Source: Hydrolagus affinis
Lineage: Eukaryota
Assembly (NCBI GenBank): GCA_012026655.1
Contig: JAAILG010001052.1
Coordinates: 1-64,000 of the forward strand
DNA: 64,000 nt
Direction: 5' to 3'
Shown in pieces: positions 1 through 13,205 of the stretch. The translations under genes were made by a program, and so were the position numbers. Numbering within the stretch: the first letter of the stretch is position 1; the number at the start of each line of letters is the position of its first letter. The notes under the pieces are model-generated. The model searched no databases. It saw only the letters and a list, made by a program, of their open reading frames with translations, and was not told the origin of the DNA.

Positions 1-142
1 GTACAAAAAAGTGAGAGGCTTGAAAGGGTATGTAGATAGGGCAGTGGCATTGAAAGTACAACTTACTCTGGGAGCCAGTGCTGACTTGACGGGCTGAATG
101 TCCTCGTTCTGTGCTGTGAAGTTGTATCATTCTGTGATTCAG
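1..142 (+). mobile_element. CR1-type LINE 3' end fragment
   Basis: gggctgaatgtcctcgttctgtgctg...ttctgtgattc; same tail type as at 47595-47957 and 53050-53170. Confidence 0.6.
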
Positions 143-769
143 AGTAGGGCAGTGACTTCCAAATCAATAGTCAATTGCCACCAACTGGGAGTCCATTGCT
201 GTGGGGCTAGTTTCCTGGAGTTCACCATTCAGAATAGGGCAGAAAGTATCAACAATACTACAAATGATTGAGTTTGTTTTTTTTACTGCTTTTAGAGGAA
301 TCTTTTTTCCGATGACCTATGTGAGTGCCTGTTCCTCTGTAACGCTCACATAAATCAAATCAGTCAGGACCATAATATTTAATATGATTTACGTGAAGCC
401 CGAGTTGCAGGCAAACTATAGTCTTAGAAATTCAGATTTAATCAATAATCTACGGTGTGCAGTGTTTTGTCTTAAAGTTTAACATTATGCATAAATGTGG
501 AAAAGTTAATCTAAATTTGGAAACTGATTCTTTGTAAGAGCTATGGAAAATCAATTGTAAAATTAAAAGTGAACTTTAGAATTTTCCAAAATTCCCTGTG
601 ATTTAAACGGTGAGACAAAATGATCTTGCAGGCTAAGATTGCACAGAATTTCAGGCTTCAAGCGGGACAAGAGCTGGCACTCAAGATTTATAAATCCTCG
701 AGTTGACTTTATCTGGAGGGAATAGCATGGAAGCTGTCAGAAAAGAATGCCAAGGAGGGTCTGGCCTCC

Positions 770-1026
770 TCCTTGTCCCCTGAGTCCTCCGCTCCACCCT
801 CAGTGGCTGTGCCCCGAGGCTCTGGAACTCCCTTCCTCACTCCTTTGCCTCTCCCCATCTCTTCCCAGTTTCAGGTCTCAGCTAAAGACCTTTCTCTTCG
901 ACCGCACCTTTGGTCACCTTTCTCCCCCTGCCCCTGGCTCGCCCCCGGGATCCGTTATTGTGAAGCGCTCTGAGACGCCGTCTGGCATGGAGGGCGCCAT
1001 ATAAATTGAAGTAGTTGTTGTTGTTG
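770..1026 (+). mobile_element. L2-clade LINE 3' fragment
   Basis: End of ORF2 (FRSQLKTFLFDRTF), C-rich 3'UTR, terminal stem-loop and (TTG)n tail. Confidence 0.75.
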
Positions 1027-1084
1027 ACATCTAATGGTAAATACAGTAGTACTGGACCTCAACATAGAGATATGTGAACATAGA

Positions 1085-1335
1085 GAAAGAAATACCAAGC
1101 TGCAAATTGCGAGTGTTTTGATGCAACCAACAGATTGATGGGTGTTCACAACTTCTCACCCAGGATCCCTATCTCTCTTGCAGTTTCTCTGTAGTAATTG
1201 TTTCATTTCTGGGTTGCCAATTGCTCCCATGCCCTCCATTAATCTCCTGGGAACACTCAGCCTGACCCGCCGAAGTGTTCCCAGCTACTTCTGCTTATAT
1301 TTGAGATGTCCAGTATCTGCAGTAGTTTTCCTTTC
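1085..1335. mobile_element. degenerate Penelope-like palindromic element remnant
   Basis: 1258-1335 (gcctgacccgccgaagtgttcccagc...ccagtatctgcagtag) matches the right arm of the element at 35060-35300. Confidence 0.45.
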
Positions 1336-1939
1336 CCCATCTCTTTTTGCAGAAACACATGAAAGTATTCACAAAACAACTTCCCACAACTAAGGCAGAG
1401 AAAGGAGCACAGACAGCAGCATGTACTTGCATCAACTCCCAATGAAGCACCGACCAGCCGAGTAATTGCCCAACAAGGAGTCGCAAGCAAGCGAGTGCTG
1501 AGGCCCTGGGTGAGCCAATGATTAGTGACTGGCGCGGAGGCCAAGGATTAGGTGTCCCAGGTGTGGTGACGTAATTTCGAAATCTCTCTCCTAGGGAGAT
1601 GTCACTTCCAAAAATTATTTTGTACATTCCAAACACAGGAATTTCCATCTGCGGGTGGGAGTGTATGGAACTTTCAATCTGGTTTGGATACTCCTACCCA
1701 TGGTTTTCACTGATGTCAGACAACCAGCTGACCAAAATAAACCTAATTTCTAACTTCCCATAGGAGCTGAATGAAGGAGAATCTAGATTTACACTGCATC
1801 CTACTGAATACAACTGATGTACAGGTAGTACAGAATTCTGGAGACATTGCAACACTGGGGGCTGACTGGCTCATTTGTTTCACAACCATGTGAAAATCTG
1901 TCATGTAGAAAGCAATTGAATTTTAACTAAATTTCATAC

Positions 1940-2027
1940 TTGCCTAAGATTGTGCCCAGTCTGGGAATCGAACCCAGGTTCTCTCACTTGGGAGTCGACC
2001 ACGCTAACCACTTTGCTACGAGACTCC
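1940..2027 (-). mobile_element. tRNA-derived SINE head
   Basis: A box (TAGCAAAGTGG) and B box (GGTTCGATTCC) followed by SINE body rather than an acceptor stem. Confidence 0.65.
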
Positions 2028-4229
2028 TCAGTTCGGGGGTGATTCTCATATCTGCAGGCACTAAAAAGCTTCAATTGGAAGATGGTGGTATCAAGGTTGT
2101 TTGCTGTTCAGATGTGATCATAATCGCTGGAAATCAGAATTTTGTGTCCATTTAATATTGTATAGAATAGTAATACAGTAATCAGAAAAATGATTCATTG
2201 CCAACCATAACTTGAGAAGATGTTTTTTGCAATATATTTGTTCTCAGGGTGTCCCAGCGATCTCTCGATCACCGATCGCGATAAAACTGATGATTTATTT
2301 CCTGGCTATTCATGAGACATTGCTGTGTGCAATTTGGCTGCTGGGTTAGCTTACAAATAAACACTTTGCAGAATTCTTATGAAGGAGTTTGAGGCATTTC
2401 ATCGACATGTTAAGACACTATATCAAATGCAAGGATTATTGTATTAACACCCATTAAATTGCCTTCCTTAACTGAGGAACTGAATGTGGCAAGGTCAGTT
2501 ATAATTGTGACCTTTAAGTCTCTCTGCTAATTGATTTAAAATTCCCCATTTGTATGGGATTGTATGGTTCTATGGAGAATCTGCAAGTCCTTTCATTGAT
2601 GTAATGGAAGCATTAGACCACAAAATAATGAGTTTTTCTCTCTGTGTGCTATTTCCTCAGCCTCTTTGTGATCTTTACATTTCATTGTAAAGGTAGTGAT
2701 AGCATTGGAGTGACCCCAAATATTGCAGACAGTTGTGGAGATAAGCAAGATTATCGTTAGCAATGGATTTAGGACTGTTCATGAACTGCAGGTGTTTTTC
2801 AGAGTAAACTTTATTTTAGAGCCAACAATCTATTTACGACAAATACAGAGAATGATTATAGAAAAATAACATTGATATAGAAGATTTGGAAGACTACTAA
2901 ATATTGAAGCAATTTGTTTTTAGTATTTCTTAACTTAAGAATCCAGAAGTCCATGGACTGATGGGAATGTTGATGGAACTCAATGCTTTTTGGGGGCTTC
3001 CTTGAGACAGAGTGACATATAATAATCATCATCAGAAGAATAATCCTTGCTTTTGTTATAGGGCCTCATCACATCTTCAAGACATCTCAAAGGACTTCAC
3101 AGAATATATTGTAAAGTGAATTGACTGTATATGTTGTGAGCGAAACAACAGACTTCCAATTATTGGGAGATGGAAAAAAGACAGCAAAGTATTTTTTCTC
3201 ATCAGATCTCAAAATCTTCTTTCAGATAAGAAACCCATTATGAAATATCAAAAGCTAACACCATTGTTGACGTACTTATTATGATCTACTTTACGAAAAA
3301 CATAAGTAGAGTTAACATAAGTAGAACGGAAACTAGTTGAACTTTCTAGTCAACGTACATTCAATGTGCACTATGTTGAAATTAGTACCTACACATTTTA
3401 AATCATCAATATATTTTCCTCAATTCCTCAGGGAGTTTGATAGCCATCTGTTGTACGTGCTGTTGATTTACTGCCAAGGAATGCATCTTTCAATTTAATA
3501 TGTTACTTCCTAAAATAAACAATTCAGTCTTGGTGAAATTGAATCTGTGTGTACATTTCTTTCAATCACCGTTTCCCATCATTTACTACCACATTGCTAT
3601 GTCATTTTTATTTGCTAATTTAATTGTCTCATTCTCACTTGATAAAATACAGAATTTAGATAATTTAAACTAATAGCCCAAGGGACATCTTAATGTGCTG
3701 TCAGTGCTGTGGATTAAAATGTTCAGAAACAGCAGCTTGACAGAAACTATACATGGCTAATGTAATATAACACTCAACATCCTCCCAAGGGATTGGGATC
3801 AAGTGGCCTTTATATCACGGTAGACTCTGAGTAACAACAACAACAAAATTACATTTGAATAGCGCCTTTCACCTCGAGAGGATGTGCCGAGGCACTGGGG
3901 AGTAAGGATTTGTTGGTGTGCGAATCTGGCTGTATTTTAACAAGGGATGGTTGCTGAATGGAGGAGGTTACTCGAATGGGTTTGATGGTAATTAGCCAAA
4001 AATGCATATGATTCCTGGAGTCAAAAGATGCTCTCTAGCATCTCTTCATTAAGTTGAGATCTCTCGAACAATCACACAACAAGCTGTGTTCCAGAACCAC
4101 TGATACTGCAATTTCTATTCCCACAGAAGGAGAGGTCAGGACAATATCTGCTTGACACAAACCTCTTTGAACAACTGTCATTAACACATCTTTAAACAAG
4201 CACCACCTCCAATACATCAGCTCTAACAG

Positions 4230-4705
4230 ATAATAATCCTTACAATAATTGTTGCATTTGATATTGTGCCTTCTCACATCAAGACGTCTCATAGCACAAC
4301 ACATGTGATGTGCTTTGAGATGTCTTTGCATGATAAGGCACTCTGTACGTTGTGTTTACCAAATGACCATGTTTTTTGTGGGTGAAGATGGCATTCAATT
4401 TGTGCGAGGTTATATCTCATAAACAGGCATGGAGTGAATAATCACTTTTTAAATTTGGGAGGTTTTTGGCCAGGAGACTGGGAGAAACTCCCTTCTCTTT
4501 TCAAATAGTCCTATGGGTTGTTTAACGTCCACCTGAACAGGCAGTAGGGACCTCATTTACATCTCATCTCATCTGAAAGACAGCATCTCCACCAATGCAC
4601 CAGCCCTCACCAAACTGCATTGGAGCATGTTCATAGAGTTCCATATCCCAAAGTAGGGCTTCAATCCACCATTTTCTGACTTCCACGCTACCAACAGAGC
4701 CACAA
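4230..4705 (-). mobile_element. old Deu-domain-type SINE (AmnSINE1/SacSINE1-like)
   Basis: Minus strand shows a tRNA-like head, gatgctgtctttcagatgaga...aaatgaggtccc...gtggacgttaaacaacccat (Deu-like core, from recall) and an L2-type tail. Confidence 0.55.
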
Positions 4706-4999
4706 TGACACAGATATAGGTAATGGTGAACCATAGGGGAAGCATTGACCTCTCCTGACCTGAAGGGCACTATATAGATGCATTTTGTTGTTTTTTGTTG
4801 GTGCTGGTGGTGAGGAAGGGATAGATTTGGTGGGAACAGAGAACAGGTGAGATCAAGCCAAGCCCCAGCGATTGAAGCCCCCAACTGCTTGAAGCAATAG
4901 AACTGCAGTCACTTGGTACACCCAAGTAACCTCTAACAGCAGCCAGCAACTGCAACACCAGATACCTCTGGCACTGAAAGGAATCCCTAATAATTAAAT

Positions 5000-5392
5000 C
5001 AGTGATCCTCACACTTGTTTTAAAATGCCTTCATGCCCCAGCACTTCCCTGCCTCTCCAACCTGCTTACACCTCAACCCACAACCCTCCGCTCAACTGGC
5101 TCTGACCATCTGAATGTCCCTCAGGCCCTCCATTCCATCATTGATGGCTGTGCTTTCATCCACTACGTCCCCAAACTCTGGAACACCCTTCCTTTAACCC
5201 TTTGCTTTCCTTTCCTTCAACTCCTTCCCAATTTTCAGGTTGTGCCTGAAGACCACCTTCCTGTTTGACCTTGCTTATAGGCACTTCTCCCTCCCCCCCA
5301 GCTCAGAGTCATTCTGCACTAATGTCTAGCGCTCTGGGATGCTACTCGGCATGAGGGGTGCTTTGTACATACAAGTTGTTGTTGTTTTTGTT
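5000..5392 (+). mobile_element. L2 LINE 3' fragment
   Basis: ILTLVLKCLHAPA...AF.HY.PKLWN.LP degenerate ORF2 end plus (TTG)n tail. Confidence 0.7.
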
Positions 5393-5394
5393 GT

Positions 5395-6262
5395 CCTGGA
5401 TGAGAACTCTCTTTCTACAGTTGAACCTCAACAAGACCAAGGTCCTCCTGATTGACTGCCATCAGTGCCTCCACATCTTGGGTTCTGACAGCATCACCAT
5501 CCAAGGTACTCCATGTTACTGAGTCAGTCTGGAACCTTGGCATCTTGTTTGACCCTCAACTATCCTTTTTACCCCACATATATGCCATGTACTCTGCTTT
5601 TCCCCCACCTCTGCAACATCGCCTGGGTCTGTCGCTGTCTCACACCACAGACCACTGAGATCCTCATACACTCATTGATAATATCCAAGCTCAACTATGC
5701 GAACTCTCTGCTTGATAGCCTCCCCAACTCCTCCCTCTGTAGGCTGCAGATCATTCAGAACTCTGCAGCCTATGTCCTCTCCTGCACCAGGCTCTGCTAC
5801 ACCATCCCCGCCTGACTCCCTCGGCTTCCCATCACACTGAGGATACAGTTCAAGATCCTGGTCCTCACTTTCAAAGCCATGGCCTCACTCACCCCTACCT
5901 CTGAGATCTTCTAACCCCCCAACCAACCTGCCCTCTCCCTCTTCTCAGTGGGCTCTGGCCTGCTTTACGTCCCCCGCCTCACCCACCCCACCATTGGTGT
6001 CCAGGCCTTGTGCCACTCTGCTCCTACCCTCTGGAACTCCAGCCCGCAGTCCCGCCATCTCACCCCCCTCCCTTGCCTGCTTCAAGATCTTACTCAAGAC
6101 TCTCCTCTTTGACCATGCCTTCGGTCACCTGCCATTATCCCCTGCTCTCCACCTTCTTCGATCCCAACCCTCAGCTCGGGTCCAAAACATTGATTGTCGA
6201 ATGCCTTGGGACATCCTTCTGATGTGAAAGGCGCTGCATAAATGTAACTTTTTTGTTGTTTT
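5395..6262 (+). mobile_element. L2 LINE 3' fragment (degenerate ORF2 C-terminus)
   Basis: LNLNKTK, NLGILFD, SKLNYANSLL, LQIIQNSAA and LKTLLFDHAF motifs across frameshifts; (TTG)n tail. Confidence 0.85.
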
Positions 6263-6424
6263 TGATTGGTGAATTTCTGTAATTGGTACACGTGCTGTTT
6301 TACCAGCCATGCTACTGATTCAATCTAGTAGATTTTCAGGTAAGAAATAAACACACCCATAGTGTGGAAGTGGCAATTATGGGTGAAGACAACCTTGAAC
6401 ACTCTGCCCTCTCCCTCTCCCTTT

Positions 6425-6570
6425 AACAACAACAACAACAACAAATTACATTTATAGAGCGCCTTTCACGTCGGGAGGACGTCCCAAGGCGCTGCACAGG
6501 GGGAATGTGACCCGAGCTGAGATGCCGTCCAGCGTGGAGGGCACTCTATAAATTGAACTTGTTGTTGTTG
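6425..6570. mobile_element. two L2 tails fused back to back
   Basis: A minus-strand tail starting with (CAA)n is joined at ~6520 to a plus-strand tail of another subfamily ending in (TTG)n. Confidence 0.7.
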
Positions 6571-7145
6571 AACACATATACACTGCACTACTGAATAAAC
6601 AGATTTTTATTTTAGGGGTTACGGTAATTGTTGCCCAACAACAAAATTACAGTCAAACCAAGCAGAAGAAACAGTGACATAACTGAGAAAGCTGAGGTAA
6701 ATTAAGCTCCACTGTAAACTGTGTAGATTGTTAAACTGAATTGTTGTAAACTGTTGAAGAACTGAAGTACATTGCATAACTCCAGGACCAAAATTAAACC
6801 TTTGGAAAAAGTGAAAGCAAATTAAATCAGAAGAAATGTATTGCAAACTATGTGAACGATGCAGAACTTATTATTAACAATTTTCACGTTGACTTTAACC
6901 TGTGAATTTACTTTTTCACATGTCATACGTCTGACATCCATTCTCCCAGCTGTTCAAATCGAGTCTGACGGCTTTGTCATCACGGTGACCTTCAATTCTC
7001 AGTTCTGTACCTGATAATATTACATTTCATTGGCAACAACAATCACCTTCAGCAGACTCTTACTTGAGATCCATGATCTCTGTAATGAGAACATTCAGGT
7101 AGGCTTCCTGCACGTGATTGCTAACCATTCTACTGGAGCATATGG

Positions 7146-7466
7146 ATAATAATAATAATAATCCTTGCATTTGATATGACACTTTTCACATCTTCTAGAT
7201 GTCTCAAAGTGTTTCAAAGAATATATTGTAAAGTAAATTGACTGTATATTTGTGCACAAAATGCACTGGTCAATTGCGCACAGCAGCGTCCCTCAAACAG
7301 TTGTGGATTGAAATAACCAATTTATTATTGGTTTATTTTTATCGAGGGATTATTATCAGGAGTGTGGAGTAAGGAAACTTGCTCAAGTTGCGTCCTGCCT
7401 GGAATCGAACCCAGGTCTGCTGCTTGCTAGGCAAGTGCTTTAACCATTGAGCTACAGGGCTCCACA
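7146..7466 (-). mobile_element. tRNA-derived SINE, short form, (TTA)n tail
   Basis: Full head-body-tail match to the copies at 15361, 24660, 28892 and 54057. Confidence 0.85.
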
Positions 7467-8609
7467 TACAATACAAGTACTATAATATGTAGATTAAATC
7501 ACATGACAAGTATAATTTGGATGAGCTATATGAAAGCCAGGCTTCTAAATACGTACTAGGTGATACATGAAGATAACTGATCAAGAATTTATTCCAACAA
7601 TATAGGATGTTATTAAATGCAGAGAAACATTAAAAAAAACTTTAAAATAGGCTGGTGTAACTTTGAAAGATCATACTTCATTTGATGTTATAGCTCATAA
7701 AACAATAAGATCTTCTTTTCCCACAGATATATTGTTCCCTGGGTGCTAAACAGGGCTGAAGTAAAGTAAAAATATTTCCATTATGATTCTACATGGTAGT
7801 GGTGTGGGGAAGATGGATGAGGCATTACATCTTAACTGCCTATACAATTTTACTGCTTGGTATGCTTACAGTGTTGTGTAGTTTAGATGAATGTAAAAAG
7901 CCAAAGCAAAATATAAAACTTTTAAAAAATCTCTGGCGGGTTACATGTGCACTCAGATAATCATTAGCTTTAGAATGGGAGAAGGGCAAAGGGAATCATT
8001 TGAGTAATGTACATTAGGATGTGGGTAACAGATAAGAGCAAGAGAGATTTGTCTTGAAGAAAAATCACCGCTCACTGGGTTTACTTGGGCAACATATGAG
8101 CCATCATTTAGCGCTGGTCTAAATGGTCAAGAGTTACCTGAAGATCTGTAGGCCAGGTCAGTGAGAAAAACTGCCTTCTCAAAATGTTGGTCGCGGGCCG
8201 CATAAAATCAATAATAATAATAATAATAATCATCCTTGCATTGGATGTAGAGCTTTTCACATCTTATCAACGTCTCAAAGCGCTTCACAGAATATATTGT
8301 AAAGTGTACACCTTTGGTTGCAAGCATGTATTATTTCCCATTTGTCAATTCATTTATCAGCTTTGGCATTGTGCGTTTCTAATTGACTTAAGAGTTTTGA
8401 GCTCCTGAAAAATATGCTTAAACTTACCTTTTATATACACGGCATCTTGATAAGCATGTTTTGTTGTTCAGAATTTCTCAACACAGAAGAAGGCCATTCG
8501 TGCCTCTGTACCAACTCTCTAATATCTCTCTAAGATCTATTTATTCCCACTATCTAGCATTTTAACCCAAACCCTTTCATATTCTGTCTTCTCAAAAGAA
8601 AATTAAAAA

Positions 8610-8905
8610 TCCTTACCTTTGATAGAGAACCTTATCAACTCTTCGAAACATCTCAAATCGCTCCACCGAATATATTGTGAATTGACTATATTTTACGGGC
8701 ATAACATAGTAACCACAGTAGTGTCCCACAAACAATCATAGATTGAGAGACATTTAGTTTTAAGGGATTATTACACAGAAAAGGAATCCATCAATCAATT
8801 ATCAACTGGGTTCCTACTTACTGCTAGGTAAACAAGAGATGTGCAGAGTAAAGAAACTTGCCTAATATTTCTCTCTGTCTGGGAATCAAATCCATATCTT
8901 TAGCA
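8610..8905 (-). mobile_element. tRNA-derived SINE, long form (degenerate)
   Basis: Contains the extra body segment gtttacctagcagtaagtaggaacccagttg...attgatggatt. Confidence 0.65.
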
Positions 8906-9159
8906 TAGTAATGTTATTTCACTTCAGACCAAGGATATTTTAATCTGCTAATGGATAATTGTCCTTTGCATGAGTAGTCCACTCATTCCCTGGCAGCCCC
9001 CTACCTCTCCAACGTCCTCACTATCCAAATCAACACCGGGCGCCTTCGGTCGACTGGCACCAACCTCCTGCTCATCCCTCACACCCTCTACCCCACCAAT
9101 GGAGATTACGCTTTCAGTCACTATGCCCCCAAACTCTGGTGCACTCTAGAGCTCCTGTG

Positions 9160-9259
9160 NNNNNNNNNNNNNNNNNNNNNNNNNNNNNNNNNNNNNNNNN
9201 NNNNNNNNNNNNNNNNNNNNNNNNNNNNNNNNNNNNNNNNNNNNNNNNNNNNNNNNNNN
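9160..9259. other. assembly gap (100 N)
   Basis: Run of N flanked by L2 and SINE fragments. Confidence 0.99.
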
Positions 9260-9902
9260 TTCACTTTACAGTGTATTCTGTGAAGCGCTTTGGGACGTCG
9301 TTAAGATGTGAAAAGCACTATATCAAATGCAAGGATTATTATTATTATTTACACTCTCCCTCAATATCTATGCCTTGCCCCCTCTCCCTCTTTTCAACTC
9401 CTCTTTGAAAACCTTTCTATTTGACCGTGTTTACGGAGATCTTCCCCCAGCTCCCCCCCCACCCCCAGGCTCGGAGTCAGGCCCAGCCACTGTTAAGCTC
9501 TTTGAGAGGCTTCATGTCTTGGAGGGCGCTGTATATAAGAGCAAGTTGTTGTGGTGGTTTTTGAAAATCATATCACGGCAAACAATAATTTGGTTCCAAG
9601 GGGATATTATAACTGATGAGGTGCTCATCATTTGTATGAAATTGCTCAAGTACCAATTGATTTCAAATGTATTTCGATCAGTACTAATGTTCTTTTCCTA
9701 TCCTGTAACAATCCGATACATCGGGCTTTTTGACTTCCTTTATATTTCAATTGATAGCCCTGAAATATAATACAAATTCATTCAGTGTCATTACTATTGA
9801 ATTGCTGGCTGAGCACTGTACATTGAAACCTGGTTGAGAATTGTTCTTGGAAAAATATATAGTGTCAGCAACAACTGACAGATTGAAAATCTGACTTTGT
9901 TG

Positions 9903-9968
9903 ATGGACGGACGGACGGACAGACGGACAGACAGACGGACGGGCGGACGGACGGACAGATAGATAGAA
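9903..9968. repeat. compound tetranucleotide microsatellite (GACG/GACA/GATA)n
   Basis: Directly visible. Confidence 0.9.
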
Positions 9969-10188
9969 AGAAAAATAGACAAGTTTCTGAATGTATTAAT
10001 AAATACCAAAATATTTTCAATCTCATTGATAACTTGAGATTTTTTTCCAATGAAACATTTGATAAGTACAACATAAATTAGATTGAAGCCTGTATGCTGT
10101 TTGAGCTGGTCATCCTACAATATGATCCATTTACCTTTCCTCAACCTCCCAATGTGGCCATAGTGACTGTGTTTTTAATGCCACAGAT

Positions 10189-10437
10189 AAACAACAACAA
10201 CAACAACAAATTACATTTATAGAGCGCCTTTCACGTCGGGAGGATGTCCCAAGGCGCTGCACAGGAGGCGTGCGACCCGAGCTGGGAGGGGAGTGTTTGG
10301 GGAGGTCGAAGAATTCGGGGTGGAACAAAAGGCACGGTCAAAGAGGAAAGTCTTCAAACCGGCCTTGAAAGAGGAAAGGGAAGAAACGAGACGGAGGGAT
10401 TGGGGGATAGAATTCCATAGGGTGGGAGCGGAGAAAC
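10189..10437 (-). mobile_element. young L2 LINE 3' fragment
   Basis: CpG-retaining; near-identical to 11165-11410 and to the end of 36985-38284. Confidence 0.88.
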
Positions 10438-11164
10438 ATGAATAGTGGCGTGATATTTGTCAAGTTATAATTTTTAATGTGTTAACACAAGCTTTTGGGG
10501 ATAGAGCTTTGAAATAGCTCCATTAATATGGAAAGGCAAACTGGCTAGTCAGCTATTATTAAAAATTGGAGTCTGTAGTGGCATTGATCAGCTTTCACTG
10601 TGTTTGGCTCAGGTGGGAATGATTGAGAAATGTAGAACCTACCAACATGCTTAAGAGATTCCAAATCAGAACAAAAGTTCTGTACATCCATACCACCTGT
10701 GCATAGAAATTTCTGTGTTCCTTGAATGGAATACACACTCTCTCCCAATAATTGCAGAGGGTATGGAGTGCAAGGGGTGAGAGCCAAGGTTCAGGGATAC
10801 AAGAGTGGATACTGTTTGAGCAAAAAATCTCCCGCATCTCATTTTGAGCACAGTGTGCGAAGCTTCCCGAAGTTTGTCCTGTTAAGACTACCCTGTATAC
10901 TCAGGCTTTGGCTTACAGGCTTAACATCTTTCATTTTGTTCCTATTGAATGAATATGAATCATTCGGCAAAACCATTTCACCTGGTTTGCTGGAATCCCT
11001 CACAACTCACTCGAACATGTAAAAAAAAGTTTTGCCTTAGAAATAAATCGCCCATCCATCAACTCACTTTCTAAAATGCAAGAAATTCTTCTCGTCTTGG
11101 TTTTCAAATAAGATTTAAATGGAATGAAGCTTGACAATAGCTAAAATGTATCTATGTCATAAGC

Positions 11165-11410
11165 TTTATGGAATTCCATCCCCCAATCCCTCCGTCTCGT
11201 TTCTTCCCTTTCCTCTTTCAAGGCCGGTTTGAAGACTTTCCTCTTTGACCGTGCCTTTTGTTCCACCCCGAATTCTTCGACCTTCCCTTCGTGTTTCACC
11301 CCTTCCCGTACACTCCCCTCCCAGCTCGGGTCACACTCCCCCTGTGCAGCGCCTTGGGACGTCCTCCCGACGTGAAAGGCGCTTTATAAGTGTAATTTGT
11401 TGTTTTTGTT
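11165..11410 (+). mobile_element. young L2 LINE 3' fragment
   Basis: Same subfamily as 10189-10437, in opposite orientation. Confidence 0.88.
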
Positions 11411-13205
11411 TATCATATGCCAATGTATATCTGTATAAAATGAAATAAAACAATCTAATTTTCTCATAACCACAAATTTAACAAATGTTGTACAATGAAG
11501 GTTGTTGGCAACGGTGGAAATTCTAGCACCCTATAAACTGAATTAAATTAACTATTGTATAGCATTGTTGTAAATTAGGACAATGGGTGATGTGAATCTA
11601 GTACGCTCTATGCTCTCAATTTGTTTTCTCACTTCTACTGTGCTGAAATTCAACTTACATATATGTTTATTGATATCTTGATTTTTTTTGCCAACATATT
11701 TACATTATCAAAGATAAATAACAAAATTCATACCCTGAAGTTTTGAAGTTTATATGAAAGAGTAAGATAGATTTGGGGAGTGATGAGACTAAATAAGAAT
11801 ATTCAAAGTGCAGAAATCCCAAACCAGCCATAACAGTTTCACAACTCAGAATTCATTAGATGTCTTTCTTATAAATAATTATTAGCATTTGGGACAGATT
11901 CTTCTGTGGTGCTCATATGAATATCTTAAGGCTTATTTATATATTGCCTAATGCAGTAGTGTTTCAGCTAACGTGAAATGTATTATGCAGGAAAGCAATA
12001 CTAAATGTCAAATGCTTTTGATGTATGGTATCCCAACACCTGGACATTGGATCAGTAAACTCTGGTGAAGATGCAAAGTTACATTTTACGACTTCTACTC
12101 ATTTCAAATAATTGCCAGGACTAGTTAGGAATGAATAAAATTTCTACGGATGCAGGTTACAATCTAGGACAACCATCCACGTTAAGTTTGAAATCCTTAA
12201 CTGAACTGTTCCAGGAAAGCTGAGCTCTCAAAATATTTGACACACAAGAGTACAAGTCACAGTGGAAAACACAATACTTCATGTGAAATGGGGCTTGAAA
12301 CTTCCCCAACGGTCTGATGGTTAAACTAACTGTAAAGTCAAATGGATCAGAAGAACACAGATTCCATTCATGATCTGTTTGGAGTTACTTAGTGCCAGCC
12401 GAAACAACAGTTAAAAGCAATTCAATTAGTCACAGCCCGCCAGTTTTTTTTTGGGTGGGGGGGTGGGGGGGAGAGAGAGAGAGAGACGGTGTCAGCTCGT
12501 GACCAATAAATATTTTGAACTTATTATGAGTAGTGCATATATATTGTTTCATTAATATAAATGGGATATTCGTTTTGACCTCCTGACTGAAAAAACTCTG
12601 ACTACTTGGGGATTGGGTAAAATATACCTGGCTCCATGACAAACCTCCACCTCTCCTAATCCCGTGTATTTCCTTCTTCCTCATGCATGCAGCACATGGA
12701 ATTTCATATCACAATATAATTGCTTTTTGTGACTGCACTTCTCAGACTGGGTTTATAATGCGCTGTTTAGGTTGATTCAGCAAAACGTTCACATTAAATA
12801 GTCTGAAAAGCACAACATAGTTAGGACATATTAAAGTCCTGAATGGTACACTCACTTGTGACAGATTTGGTAGATTAACCAATCACTATTGAACACACTA
12901 AGTAGCCTGATACTCCACTGTTACAGGTGCTATACTTTGCATACATTAAATTAAGATCCCTTCTGCCTATTCAGATGCTTCTTAAAGAGAAGCGAGTTTC
13001 TCCTTGTATTCTGTCCAACAATCCTTCAAATAAACTCGGTCATTCATTTCATACGAAATGTCTTTGTGACATTGCCATGCACAAATTGGCAGCTGCATTT
13101 TCCTACAAAATACAATCGTTACACTTTACAGTATATCCTGAGAAGAGCTTTGAGAAGTCCTTCTGTTGTGAAAGCTGCCATCTGAAATATAAATATCATG
13201 ATTAT

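Noticed and set aside
2245-2282. CGATCG-rich patch resembling a hAT/Charlie end (also ~42843-42870)
   Set aside because: Only one short end is visible, with no partner TIR or TSD.
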